Assembly (NCBI GenBank): GCA_036264855.1
Contig: DATAQD010000199.1
Location: forward strand, 1 to 44,067
DNA length: 44,067 nucleotides
Source: Jatrophihabitans sp.
GTDB lineage: Bacteria > Actinomycetota > Actinomycetes > Mycobacteriales > Jatrophihabitantaceae
Reading direction: 5' to 3'
Below the pieces are notes generated by a model. That model was not told the DNA's origin and ran no database searches. It saw only the letters and a list, made by a program, of their open reading frames with translations. Position numbers and translations under genes: made by a program. Positions 8,685 through 18,547 of the stretch are shown here, piece after piece (position 1 is the first letter of the stretch; the number at the start of each line of letters is the position of its first letter).

Positions 8685-8874
8685 GGGACAACGGTACGTC
8701 CTGCGCCCCGGGCGCACCCAGCCCGAGCGCGACGGCCGGCATCCGACGATCGACCGCAGCTTCGTGGGGCGGCTGCAGACCGGGGACGGTGACGCGGCGG
8801 CCGTCCGGGACGTTGGGGACCAGCGGCTGGAACAGCTCGGCGCGATTCGCACGCGTGTTTGATACCGTGGCGGC

Positions 8875-9504
8875 ATGACCCTGGCGTTCCAGGCTTCCTT
8901 GCTCGACTGCGCCACGACGGTCGAGGTCGGCGAGCTGGGCCCGTCGGTCCGTCGGCGCGAGCTGACCGACGGCGCCTGGATCGATCTGCGCCCGCGCTGG
9001 ATCGCCGGCGCCGACACGCTGTTCGAACGCCTCGTCCACACCGTGCCGTGGCACGCCGAACGCCGGCCGATGTACGACAAGGTGGTCGACGTTCCCCGGC
9101 TGCTCAGCTTCGTCGACGAGGGCGACCCGCTGCCCGACCCCGTGCTGGCCGAGGCGAAACGCAGGCTCGACGCGCACTACGGCGCCGAACTCGGCGAGTA
9201 CTTCGCGACGGCGGGCCTGTGCCTCTATCGGGACGGACGCGACAGCGTCGCCTGGCACGGCGACCGGATCGGGCGCGGCAACACCCACGACACCATGGTC
9301 GCGATCATCGTCCTGGGCGCCCCGCGCGCCCTGTTGCTGCGGCCTCGCGGCGGGGGCGAAACCATCCGCCACGAGCTGGGCCACGGTGACCTGTTCGTCA
9401 TGGGCGGCAGCTGCCAGCGCACCTGGGAACACGCGGTGCCCAAGACCGCCCGGCCGGTCGGACCGCGGGTCAGCGTGCAGTTCCGCCCGCGCGGCGTCCG
9501 CTGA
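8875..9504 (+). CDS. AlkB family 2OG-Fe(II) dioxygenase
   Basis: YRDGRDSVAWHGD (HxD), WEHAVPK, RVSVQFR. TACCGT 6 nt before the ATG suggests a leaderless mRNA. Confidence 0.9.
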   Translation: MTLAFQASLLDCATTVEVGELGPSVRRRELTDGAWIDLRPRWIAGADTLFERLVHTVPWHAERRPMYDKVVDVPRLLSFVDEGDPLPDPVLAEAKRRLDAHYGAELGEYFATAGLCLYRDGRDSVAWHGDRIGRGNTHDTMVAIIVLGAPRALLLRPRGGGETIRHELGHGDLFVMGGSCQRTWEHAVPKTARPVGPRVSVQFRPRGVR

Positions 9505-9519
9505 CCGCGGGCCGCGAAC

Positions 9520-10392
9520 TCAGACTCCGGCCGCCGTGACGATCGCGTCGGTGGCGAAGCCGGCGAGCAGCCCGACGAGGATGCCGTAGGCGAGCAGGTC
9601 CGAGCGCTTGGCCCGGGCGGCGACCCCGAGCAACTGGCACACGACGTAGATGATCGATCCGGCGGCGAGGGTGAGGAACACCTCGCTGAGGGCGACGCTG
9701 GTGTAGCCGTGCCCGACCGCGGTGCCGACGAAGGTCGGGCCGCCACCGATCAGCGCCATCGTCAGCAGGAACCGCCAGCTCGGCCGCCGCACGGTGCCGT
9801 CGTCGTCGACATCGGCGGCCAGCGGCGCCACGATGCCGAACCCCTCGGTGGCGTTGTGCAGCGCGAACCCGATGACGAGCATCGTCGCCAGGGCGATCTG
9901 GTTGCTCGCCGCCGACTGCCCGATCGCCAGGCCCTCGGCGAAGTTGTGCAGGCCGATCCCGACCGCGATCAGCAGCGCCAGTCGCCGGGCCGGCGACCAG
10001 GAGGCGATGCCGGCGCGCGGGTAGGGCCGCTCCTGCACCGACATGGCTCCGGGCCCGCCGCGCACCGCCCGGCGGGAGACCCGGGCGAGGTACTTGTCGT
10101 AGCCGACGAGGCCGAGCAGGCCGACGGCGAGGCCCAGCGCGAACAGCGCGCCGTAGCCGAAGACCGGCCCCGCGCCCCCGGTGTTGTCGTGAATCGCGGC
10201 CAGCGCCCCGTCGATCGGCTCCCAGGCGGCGGAGAGCACGTCCCACACCAGGAACAGCAGAATTCCCACTGCGGTCGCGTTCAGGAAGAGCTTGAGGCTC
10301 GGCATCGGCCGCCGCAGGCGCCCGATCGGCAGGCCGATGACGATCGTGGCACCGGCGATGAAGCCGAGCAGTAGCGTCTTTCCCAGGTCCAT
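9520..10392 (-). CDS. ZIP (ZupT-like) divalent metal transporter
   Basis: GIGLHNFAEGLAIG and GFALHNATEGFG metal-site motifs; ~8 TM helices. Confidence 0.92.
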   Translation of the reverse strand: MDLGKTLLLGFIAGATIVIGLPIGRLRRPMPSLKLFLNATAVGILLFLVWDVLSAAWEPIDGALAAIHDNTGGAGPVFGYGALFALGLAVGLLGLVGYDKYLARVSRRAVRGGPGAMSVQERPYPRAGIASWSPARRLALLIAVGIGLHNFAEGLAIGQSAASNQIALATMLVIGFALHNATEGFGIVAPLAADVDDDGTVRRPSWRFLLTMALIGGGPTFVGTAVGHGYTSVALSEVFLTLAAGSIIYVVCQLLGVAARAKRSDLLAYGILVGLLAGFATDAIVTAAGV

Positions 10393-10410
10393 GACCCCTC
10401 CGAGCTCGGG

Positions 10411-10429
10411 TAAGGCTAGCCTTCCCTAA
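10411..10429. promoter_or_regulatory. IdeR/DtxR-type iron box
   Basis: TAAGGCTAGCCTTCCCTAA matches TWAGGTWAGSCTWACCTWA at 17/19 positions, 18 nt upstream of the ZIP start. Confidence 0.8.
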
Positions 10430-10524
10430 TACTGCCAGTTTTGGCCAGGGTCCCCGGCGAGAATGTTGGGGTGTCCTCAGCCACAGCGCGCAACCCTGGT
10501 GACCGTCGGCGATCGGAGGCGGAG

Positions 10525-11442
10525 ATGGGGATGTGGAAACGGGCGGCTTGCCTGGCCGCGGCAACGCTGACGGTGACCGCCTGCAACAGCGCCTCGGTGA
10601 ACCGGGCCAGCCCCCCGGCGGCCAGCCTCACCAGCGTGTCAACCTCCGCGCCGGCGCCCACTCCCACCAGCACCGGCCCGACCGCTCGCCCGGCGCAGGC
10701 GGCGGGCGCGCGGCACGTCGTCATCGTCGTCATGGAGAACCACTCCTACGGCGAGATCATCGGCAATGCCCAGGCGCCCTACATCAACGCGCTCGGCCGG
10801 CGCGGCAAGTCGCTCACCCAGATGTATGCGATCACCCATCCGAGCGAGCCGAACTACCTCGCGTTGTTCTCCGGGGGCACGCGCGGGGTGACCGACGACT
10901 CCTGCCCGCACACGTTCGCGACCAACAACCTCGGTCACCAGCTTCTCGCCACCGGACGGACGTTCGCGGGGTACTCAGAAGGCCTGCCCAAGACCGGTTC
11001 GACGGTGTGCGCGGCGGGGGCCTACGGCCGCAAGCACGCCCCATGGGTCAACTTCGCGGACTTGCCGGCCAGCGTGAACAATCCGCTGACCGCGTTCCCG
11101 ACCACGTATTCGTCCTTGCCGACCGTTTCGTTCGTCATCCCGAACCTGAACCACGACATGCACAACGGCACCATCCGGCAGGGCGACACGTGGTTGCAGC
11201 AACATCTGGGCGGCTATGCGAACTGGGCGGTCAAGCACAACAGCTTGTTGGTCGTCACCTGGGACGAGGACGACCGCAGCGCGAGCAATCGCATCCCGAC
11301 CGTCATCGCCGGCGCCGGGATCACGCCCGCCCGGATCAGCACCCATTTCACCCTGTACAGCCTGTTGCGGACCATCGAGGACCGGTACGGACTGACCCGC
11401 CTCGGCGGCGCGGCGACCGCCCGGACAATCGCCCTTAATTAG
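10525..11442 (+). CDS. Phosphoesterase / acid phosphatase family lipoprotein (SapM-like)
   Basis: Lipobox VTAC; HVVIVVMENHSY, THPSEPNYLALFSG, RKHAPW, HDMHNG, VVTWDE. Confidence 0.88.
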   Translation: MGMWKRAACLAAATLTVTACNSASVNRASPPAASLTSVSTSAPAPTPTSTGPTARPAQAAGARHVVIVVMENHSYGEIIGNAQAPYINALGRRGKSLTQMYAITHPSEPNYLALFSGGTRGVTDDSCPHTFATNNLGHQLLATGRTFAGYSEGLPKTGSTVCAAGAYGRKHAPWVNFADLPASVNNPLTAFPTTYSSLPTVSFVIPNLNHDMHNGTIRQGDTWLQQHLGGYANWAVKHNSLLVVTWDEDDRSASNRIPTVIAGAGITPARISTHFTLYSLLRTIEDRYGLTRLGGAATARTIALN

Positions 11443-11489
11443 TCGCGAGCACCTCGCGACCCGGCGAGGTACGTCGGGCGTTCGCGCCA

Positions 11490-11511
11490 ACATAGGGAAA
11501 TCGCCCCATGT
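11490..11511. promoter_or_regulatory. Imperfect palindrome, candidate LuxR-type operator
   Basis: ACATAGGG-aaatcg-CCCCATGT (7/8 inverted match) ~70 bp upstream of the DUF4242 gene. Confidence 0.45.
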
Positions 11512-11584
11512 GCCGGCGGGCGGGCGGCGGTTAGCTGACCGGGCGGGCAAGGTGCCCGCCCCGCACACAAGAAGGACGATGACG

Positions 11585-11836
11585 ATGCCGCTGTACATGG
11601 ACGTGCACAACATCGACGGCCCGGTGAAGGTCGCCGACGTGGAGGGGGCACACGCCGCCGACCTCAAGACCCAGGACGAGTTCGACGTCCACTACCTGCG
11701 GTACTGGGTCGACGAAGAGCACAGCAAGATCTTCTGCCTGGTCGATGCACCGGACGCGGACGCCGCCGCGGCGGTCCACCGCAAGGCCCACGGCCTGGTC
11801 GCCGACGAGATCTACCCGGTCGCCGAAGGGGCTTGA
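11585..11836 (+). CDS. DUF4242 (SCO4226-like) protein
   Basis: MPLYMDVH...AHAADL..Q...V.YLRYWVDE...KIFCLVDAP...VHRKAHGLVADEIYPV. Confidence 0.88.
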   Translation: MPLYMDVHNIDGPVKVADVEGAHAADLKTQDEFDVHYLRYWVDEEHSKIFCLVDAPDADAAAAVHRKAHGLVADEIYPVAEGA

Positions 11837-11981
11837 CGGCTGCGCCCGCGTCCGGTCCGCGTCCGGCAGGGGGGTCCGGGCTCGCGGCGTGATTGCCGTT
11901 GGCAATCGCGACGGACGCGGGCGCAGTTTCGCACCTTTGCGAGGCATTTGGCCGGGGCGTGGGCTCTGGTTCACTGTCCCC

Positions 11982-14564
11982 GTGCTGATCGAACGCGAGG
12001 ACGCGCTCGCCGCACTCGCCGCGTTCGTCGACGAGGCGCTCACCGGTCGGGGGCGCCTCGTGTTGCTGGGCGGCGAAGCCGGGATCGGCAAGACGTCGCT
12101 CGCCGAGGCGTTGGCGCACCGCGCGGCCGACCGCCTGACCGTCCGCCGCGGCGGCTGCGACAACGTCACGACACCGGCCGCTCTCGGCCCCCTCGTCGAC
12201 GCGGTGCCCGAACTCGCCGCGGTCATCGAGGACGAGGCCAGCGTCAATCGAGTGCGGCTCTTTCGCCAGGTTCGCGCCGCGCTCTCGGCCGCGCCGACGC
12301 TCGTGCTGCTCGAGGATCTGCATTGGGCCGACGAGGCGACGCTGGAGATCCTGCGCTTTCTGGGTCGACGTCTCGAAGACACGCCCATGCTCATGATCGC
12401 GACGTTCCGCGACGACGAGGTCTCGGCCCGCCATCCACTCACGGTCGTGCTGGGTGATCTTACGTCGATGCCCGGCGTCAAGCGGATGCAGCTTGCGCCG
12501 CTTACGGTGACCGGGGTGCGGCGGCTGATTCACCAGGCCGGCTCGACACTCGACGCCGAGCACCTGCACCGCCGCACCGGCGGAAACGCGTTCTTCGTCA
12601 CGGAGGTGATCACCGCCGGCACCGACGGCGTGCCGGCGACAGTCCGCGACGCCGTGGTGGCGCGCGCCTCGCGGCGGTCTCCGGCGGCGCAACAGGTCCT
12701 GGCTGCGGCGGCCGTCCTGGGCCGGCCCGCCAACCTGCAGCAGCTGCAGGCAGTCTCTGCTCAGCCCGCGGACGCGGTGGACGAGTGCGTGCGATCCGGG
12801 ATGCTCATCGGCCACCCTGACGGGCTGACGTTCCGGCACCAGCTGGCCCGACTGGCGATCGAGCTGTCGATCGCTCCCGCCGCGCTCACCACCTTGCATG
12901 AGCGCGCGTTCGGCGTGTTGCAATCGTCCGGAGCGAGCGACCATCGCCGGCTGGCGCACCACGCGGCGGGCTGCGGGGATCGCGCTGGCGTACTCGAGCA
13001 CGCACCGCGCGCCGCCGTTCGGGCGGCTCGGCTCGGGGCGCACCGGGAGGCGGCCGAGCAGTACCGGCTCGCGCTGCGCTTCCACGATCGGCCCGGCGCG
13101 GATCGGGCCCGGCTGTTCGAGGCGCTGTCGTACGAGTGTTACCTGACGGATCAGCTCGACGAGGCGCTGGCGGCGCGGCGCGAGGCCATGGAACTGTCCG
13201 CGCAGACCGGCGACCCGCTGGCGGTGGGCACCGCGCAACGCTGGTTGTCGCGGCTGTCGTGGTTCCTCTGCCGCAACGACGACAGCGAGCATTACGCCCA
13301 GCAGGCGGTGGCAACCCTGGAGCCGCTCGGGGACAATCACGAACTCGCCATGGCGTACAGCAACCTGGCTCAGCTGCGCATGCTCGCGCAGGACACCGCC
13401 GGCGCCGTCGCCTGGGGAACCCGCGCCATCGAGCTCGCGCGGCGGATCGGCGATCGTGAGGCCGAGATCCACGCGTTGAACAACGTCGGCGCGGCGCTGA
13501 CGATCGACGGGGACGCCATCGCGGGTCCGCAGCGATTGGCGCGGAGTCTCGACATGGCCCTGGCCGACGACGCGCACGAACATGCCGCCCGTGCCTACAC
13601 CAATCTGGGTAGCGGTCAGGTCAGCAACTACCTCTTTGCAGAGGGCGTCCTTCACCTTCGGGCCGGGATCGCCTACTGCACCGAGCGCGACCTCGACTCC
13701 TGGCGGCTGTACATGGCCGCCTGGCTCGCGCGCTCGCTGCTTGAGCAGGGTGACTACGCCGCGGCCGAGCGGTGCGTGACCGACGTCTTGCGGCACCCGC
13801 ATCTGTCGCCGATCACGCGATTGGTGGCGTCGATCGTCGCCGGCCAACTCGCCGTTCGGCGGGGCGAGGACGGCACCCCCCACCTTGATGACGCGATGGC
13901 GCTGGCCGGTTCGACCGGGGAGGCCCAGCGGCTCGTGCCGGTTGCGCTCGCCCGCGCGGAGGCGGCCTGGATCGCCGGCCGGACCGACCAGATCGTCGCC
14001 GAGATCGACCTGGCCTGGCCGGCCGCCGTCGCACACCCGAACCGTTGGGAACTGGGCGCGCTGGGCTGGTGGCTGGCCGTGGCGGGAGAGCACCGCGAGT
14101 CTCCCGTGGACGTCGCCCGGCCGTTTGCCCTCATGCTCGAGGGCTCGGCCCGAGAAGCCGCCGACGAGTGGCGGAGGCTGGGCTGCCCGCTGTGGCGGGC
14201 GCTCGCGCTCGCCGCGTCGCCGGATCTCGCCGACGGCCGGGACGCCTTGGAGATCGTCGACTCGATCGGTGCTTCCGCGGTCCGGCCGGCCCTGCTCAGG
14301 GACCGCCGGGCCCGCGGCTTCCCCCTCCCGCGCGGCCCCCGGCCCGCCAGCCGGGCCAATGCATCGGGGCTGACCGCGCGGGAGGTCGACGTCCTCCGGC
14401 TGCTGGCCGACGGGCTGTCCAACGCCGACGTCGCCGAGCGGCTGTTCCTGTCCGAGAAGACCGTCGGCCATCACGTGTCGTCGGTGCTGCGCAAGTTGGG
14501 AGAACCGACGCGGTCGCGCGCCGTCGCCCACGCCCTGCGGCACGGCATCATCAATCCGATGTGA
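11982..14564 (+). CDS. LuxR-family regulator with N-terminal AAA ATPase and TPR-like region
   Basis: GEAGIGKT Walker A, LLEDLHWAD Walker B, TGGNAFF, C-terminal GLTAREVDVL...SEKTVGHHVSSVLRKLG; GTG start at 11982 chosen. Confidence 0.92.
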   Translation: MLIEREDALAALAAFVDEALTGRGRLVLLGGEAGIGKTSLAEALAHRAADRLTVRRGGCDNVTTPAALGPLVDAVPELAAVIEDEASVNRVRLFRQVRAALSAAPTLVLLEDLHWADEATLEILRFLGRRLEDTPMLMIATFRDDEVSARHPLTVVLGDLTSMPGVKRMQLAPLTVTGVRRLIHQAGSTLDAEHLHRRTGGNAFFVTEVITAGTDGVPATVRDAVVARASRRSPAAQQVLAAAAVLGRPANLQQLQAVSAQPADAVDECVRSGMLIGHPDGLTFRHQLARLAIELSIAPAALTTLHERAFGVLQSSGASDHRRLAHHAAGCGDRAGVLEHAPRAAVRAARLGAHREAAEQYRLALRFHDRPGADRARLFEALSYECYLTDQLDEALAARREAMELSAQTGDPLAVGTAQRWLSRLSWFLCRNDDSEHYAQQAVATLEPLGDNHELAMAYSNLAQLRMLAQDTAGAVAWGTRAIELARRIGDREAEIHALNNVGAALTIDGDAIAGPQRLARSLDMALADDAHEHAARAYTNLGSGQVSNYLFAEGVLHLRAGIAYCTERDLDSWRLYMAAWLARSLLEQGDYAAAERCVTDVLRHPHLSPITRLVASIVAGQLAVRRGEDGTPHLDDAMALAGSTGEAQRLVPVALARAEAAWIAGRTDQIVAEIDLAWPAAVAHPNRWELGALGWWLAVAGEHRESPVDVARPFALMLEGSAREAADEWRRLGCPLWRALALAASPDLADGRDALEIVDSIGASAVRPALLRDRRARGFPLPRGPRPASRANASGLTAREVDVLRLLADGLSNADVAERLFLSEKTVGHHVSSVLRKLGEPTRSRAVAHALRHGIINPM

Positions 14565-14586
14565 GTTCGGTGGCCCAGCGCTTCGG

Positions 14587-15294
14587 TTAGACCGACTCGC
14601 GGTCGCGGGCGGCGAACCCGATGCTGACCACCAGCAGCCAGATTGGCCCCACCATTCCGGCCATGTACTGCAGCGGCGAGATGCCGAGCAGGGTGATGAT
14701 GCCGCCGAGGATCAGACTGACGACGCCGATCCAGCGGGGCAGCACACGGTGCCGTAGTGCCGCGGCGGCGACGCAGAGGGCGGCGACACCGGCGCCGACC
14801 CACAGCCACGGGATGGTGCCGACCCAATGGCCGAAGAAGACCGCGGCCTCCGGCACCAGCTGGTTGTCTTCCTTCACGCCGAAGATGAACTCGGTGTCCA
14901 GCCCCGTGCCCAGCAGCCCGGCGACGGAGACGAGCAGCAGCCCGGAGCCCGCGACGGACGGAAGCAGGCTGTCGGCGGGCAGCCCGGCGGCCAGACGCCG
15001 GCGCAGACCGGCGGCGACGACGATCAACAACAGGGCGGCGATCATCGTCGTCACGTGGAAGACGAGCATCTGTGCGGTCTGGGTGGCGAGCTTGTCCTCA
15101 ATGGCCGACGCATCACCGGCGATCTTCTTGGAGTACACGGCGTCGATCGCCATGCTGGCAGCGATCCCGGCGATACCGGCGACCGCGGCGGCGATGCCGG
15201 CGAGAGCCCAGCCGCGTCCTGGTCCGCTGGCCCGCGTCGAGCGGCTCGTCGTCGGGTGGTGGGCGCCGGTCGGCGGCGCTTCGGAGAGTGCCAT
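14587..15294 (-). CDS. Hypothetical integral membrane protein (~6 TM)
   Basis: Hydrophobic 235-aa C-terminal part of ORF 14587..15960; RBS GAGGGAG before the ATG at 15294. Confidence 0.8.
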   Translation of the reverse strand: MALSEAPPTGAHHPTTSRSTRASGPGRGWALAGIAAAVAGIAGIAASMAIDAVYSKKIAGDASAIEDKLATQTAQMLVFHVTTMIAALLLIVVAAGLRRRLAAGLPADSLLPSVAGSGLLLVSVAGLLGTGLDTEFIFGVKEDNQLVPEAAVFFGHWVGTIPWLWVGAGVAALCVAAAALRHRVLPRWIGVVSLILGGIITLLGISPLQYMAGMVGPIWLLVVSIGFAARDRESV

Positions 15295-15345
15295 GTCGAT
15301 TTCTCCCTCAAGTAGGTGTCCTAGGGTCGACGGTCCCGGGCGTCG

Positions 15346-15374
15346 CTTGCCGTTCCCTTGACCTCGCCTTGCAC
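15346..15374 (-). promoter_or_regulatory. Three CAAG-core direct repeats at 11-bp phase (candidate SARP/BTAD site)
   Basis: CTTG starts at 15346, 15357 and 15368; minus strand TGCAAGG-N4-GTCAAGG-N4-GGCAAGC. Confidence 0.55.
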
Positions 15375-15376
15375 CG

Positions 15377-18300
15377 TCAGAGAGCCGCTGTCTGCGCGGC
15401 GGCCAGCGCCCGCAGCTCAGCGGCACGAAACCCCATCGCCTGCGCCTCGCCCAGGGCCGCGCCCACCGCGGCGGCGGCCTCGTCCGGCCGGCCCAGCGCG
15501 GTGAGTGCCCTGGCCCGCGCACAGTGCAGGTCCGGGCGGGCGTACCGGGCGCGGACGTCGAGCGGCCGGCGCAGGCCCTCGTCGACGATCGGCAACGCGA
15601 TCTGCGGGGCGCCGGTGGCCAGCAGCGCCTCGCCATGCCAGAGCGCGAATTCCGCGAGCTGGGTGAGTTCGCATCCGCCGGCGATGGCGTCGGCGACGCG
15701 AGCCACCCCGCCGACGTCGCCCAGGACCGCCTCGGCCCAGCCCAGGCTGGCGGCGGCTCGGGCCTGGTACTCCGGAAAGCCGAGGTGCTCGGCCATGGTG
15801 AGCACCGCCCGGGCGTGGTCTCGCACCAGCCCCGCATCGCGGCGCTGGAAGGCGAGCCGGATCTCGTAGAACGACAGGTAGAGGAACAGGAAGTCCCGCC
15901 GCCCCGGCTGCGCCTCACCCCATGCCGCGTCGAGGTGGCGGCGGGCGGCATCGTGCTCACCGAGCATGGCGGTGATGCTGGCCAGGGGCGCGTGGATCCC
16001 CACCGCAGTCGGCCAGTCGATGATGGGCAGCGCCGGGAAACCGGCCGCTGGGATCACGCGGGCGCCCGCCTCGAAGATCTCCCTCGCCCGCAGCAGCTCG
16101 CCGTCGTTCCAGGCGCTCAGTCCGTCGTGCGCGTAGATAACGGCGGCCGCCCAGTCGGAGGACTCCCGGGCCAGCAGCCGGCGCGCGGTGGCCACCGATT
16201 GCTCGGCTCGGCCCACCGCGTTCTCGAACGACAGCCAGCCCCAGAGCGCGGGGAGGTCGCCGATCTCCAGCCGGACGCGCGCGAGGATCTCACCCATCCG
16301 GCCGAAGTGCTCGGCCGCGTGCGGCCCGACGTACCCCTCGACCACCTGGTACATGAACCCCAGCGACGTCCGAACCAGGAGCTCGAGGTGATCGCGTACC
16401 TCGCCGGCCGGTTCGTCGCCGAGCAGCTGGAGCGACTCGGTGAGCAGCGCGTCAGCCTGCTCGTACGCGGTGCGGTCGTACGCCTCGGCCGCCGCGTCCA
16501 CCAGCAGTGGGACGACCTGTTGGGGCGAGACCACCGGCAGCGCCTGGCGCAGGTGGTGGGCCAGTTCGGTGGAGGGCGTGGCCGGGTGCTCGCGCAGCGC
16601 CTCGGCGACGCGCGCGTGGAGCTGGGCGCGGCGCAACGCACCCTGGTCGAGGTAGAGGGTCTGGCGCAGCAGGTCGTGGCTGAACCTCAGCAACCGTGGG
16701 TCGTCGGCGTTCTCGAGGATGCCTACCACGACAGCGGTGTCCAGCGAGTCGAACAGTGTCTGGTCGTCGAGCTGGACAATCTTGCGCAGCAGGTCGATCG
16801 CGAACGTCCGGCCCAGAACGGCCGCCACCGACAGCACCGCGTTCAGCTGCTCGGGCAGGCGCGCCAACCGGCGGCGCAGCGCCTCCTGCACGCGGGCCGG
16901 CACGACCTCGCTGACGCGGTCGACCTGATCGACAGCGTGCTCGGAGACCAGCACCCGGGTGAGCTCGGTGAGGAAGAACGGGTTGCCGGCGGTGCGCTCG
17001 TACAGCACGTCCACGACCGAGTCGGTCAGTTCGTGGCTGGCCACCCGCGACGCGAGGACCGCGCAGTCGCCCCGCGCCAGGCCGGTGAGTTCCACGGCGA
17101 CGCAGGTCGGGAGGTGGCCGAGCACCTCCCGGGCGGTGACGAACGGTGCGTCTGCGGCCAGGTCGGTGTCGCGGTACGCCACCGCCACGACTATCCGGGC
17201 AGCGGTCGCCGCCAGCATCTTGAGCAGCAGCGCCGAGGCGGGGTCCAGCCAGTGCGCGTCATCGATGATCACGAGCAGCGGGCGCTCGGCGGCGAACCGC
17301 TGCAGCCCCTCCACGACGGCTTGGTAGATGCGGGTCCGGGCGAGCTCGGGATCCCCGGGCGGCTCGGCCTGGGGCAGCGGGACGACGGCCGCGAGCGCCG
17401 GATCCAGGATCGCCGGCACGTTGCCGTACGGGGCGAAGGCGTCCGCCAACGCCTGCGGGTCGACGGTGTCGACCATCGCCCGCAGCACCTGCGCCCAAGG
17501 CCAGAACGCCGGCGGCGGGTGGCCGTCGATGCCGGCGCCGGCCGCAACCACGGCGCCTGCGGCCGCGGCCCGCCGGGACAGCTCGCGCAGCATCGTCGAC
17601 TTGCCGATGCCCGCGCCGCCGCTGACCAGCAGCACGCAGCTCCGCCCGAAGGCCAGCCCGGCGATCGCGTCGTCCAGTTGCCGCAGCACCTCAGCCCGAC
17701 CGACCACGGCGCCGGCCGCATCGGGCGGGTCCGGCTCGACCGGCCGCGCGACGGTGACAACGGCGGGCACCGAATGCAGATGCCGGGCCTGCCGCAGGAT
17801 GTCGCTCTCGAGCTGGCGCAGCGCGGGGCCGGGCTCGATACCGAGATCCTCGTCGAGGCGCTCGCGGGCCCGCCGGTACGCGGCGAGGGCATCGGCCTGC
17901 CGTGACGAGGCGTGCAGGGCCATCATGAGCTGCCCCCACACCCGTTCCCGATAGGGGGATTCCGCCAGCACCGCCTCGGCCTCGGCCGCGACCTCGGCGG
18001 GCCGGCCCAGAGCAAGCATGGCGGCGAAGCGGTCCTCGACCGCCGCGAGGCGAAGCTCGTCGAGGCGGGCGCGCTCGGCCTGCGCGAAGCGCCCGGCGCC
18101 GAGGTCCGGCAACGGCTCGCCGCGCCACAGGCGAAGCCCCTCGACGAGGCGGGCCAGCGCCGCGGCGGGGTCGGTACCCAGCAGCGACCGGCCAGCACTC
18201 ACCTCGGCAGCGAAACGATGCAGGTCGACGGACTCCGGTGCCACGGCGAGCAGGTATCCGGGCGGGCGGCTGACCAGCAGCGCGGACCGGTCGTCCGAGG

Positions 18301-18532
18301 AGCGCGCCGGCTCGAGTGCCCGCCGCAGCCGGGAGATGTAGGCCTGCAGCGAGGCGATCGCGCGGGCCGGCGGCTCGTCGGCCCACAGCTCGTCGACGAG
18401 CCGGTCCACCGACACGACCCGCCCCGCGTTCACCGCCAGCATGACCAGCAGCGCCCGCTGCTTGGGCGTGCCCACCCGGACCGGCTGCCCGTCGGCGAAT
18501 GCCTCCAACGGCCCCAGCACCCGCAGCTCCAC
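15377..18532 (-). CDS. AfsR/SARP-type regulator (OmpR wHTH + BTAD + AAA ATPase)
   Basis: LRVLGPL...KQRALL...LQAYISRLRRAL...LWRGEP...PYRERVWGQLM...LGIEPGP; GGAGIGKS Walker A; IIDDAHWLD; TAGNPFFL. Confidence 0.93.
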   Translation of the reverse strand: MELRVLGPLEAFADGQPVRVGTPKQRALLVMLAVNAGRVVSVDRLVDELWADEPPARAIASLQAYISRLRRALEPARSSDDRSALLVSRPPGYLLAVAPESVDLHRFAAEVSAGRSLLGTDPAAALARLVEGLRLWRGEPLPDLGAGRFAQAERARLDELRLAAVEDRFAAMLALGRPAEVAAEAEAVLAESPYRERVWGQLMMALHASSRQADALAAYRRARERLDEDLGIEPGPALRQLESDILRQARHLHSVPAVVTVARPVEPDPPDAAGAVVGRAEVLRQLDDAIAGLAFGRSCVLLVSGGAGIGKSTMLRELSRRAAAAGAVVAAGAGIDGHPPPAFWPWAQVLRAMVDTVDPQALADAFAPYGNVPAILDPALAAVVPLPQAEPPGDPELARTRIYQAVVEGLQRFAAERPLLVIIDDAHWLDPASALLLKMLAATAARIVVAVAYRDTDLAADAPFVTAREVLGHLPTCVAVELTGLARGDCAVLASRVASHELTDSVVDVLYERTAGNPFFLTELTRVLVSEHAVDQVDRVSEVVPARVQEALRRRLARLPEQLNAVLSVAAVLGRTFAIDLLRKIVQLDDQTLFDSLDTAVVVGILENADDPRLLRFSHDLLRQTLYLDQGALRRAQLHARVAEALREHPATPSTELAHHLRQALPVVSPQQVVPLLVDAAAEAYDRTAYEQADALLTESLQLLGDEPAGEVRDHLELLVRTSLGFMYQVVEGYVGPHAAEHFGRMGEILARVRLEIGDLPALWGWLSFENAVGRAEQSVATARRLLARESSDWAAAVIYAHDGLSAWNDGELLRAREIFEAGARVIPAAGFPALPIIDWPTAVGIHAPLASITAMLGEHDAARRHLDAAWGEAQPGRRDFLFLYLSFYEIRLAFQRRDAGLVRDHARAVLTMAEHLGFPEYQARAAASLGWAEAVLGDVGGVARVADAIAGGCELTQLAEFALWHGEALLATGAPQIALPIVDEGLRRPLDVRARYARPDLHCARARALTALGRPDEAAAAVGAALGEAQAMGFRAAELRALAAAQTAAL

Positions 18533-18547
18533 TGGCGGCTCCGCTCT

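Noticed and set aside
7882-9432. 516-aa ORF taken as a single gene
   Set aside because: Only the last 135 aa (DUF3817) are protein-like; the rest overlaps alkB antisense and another gene.
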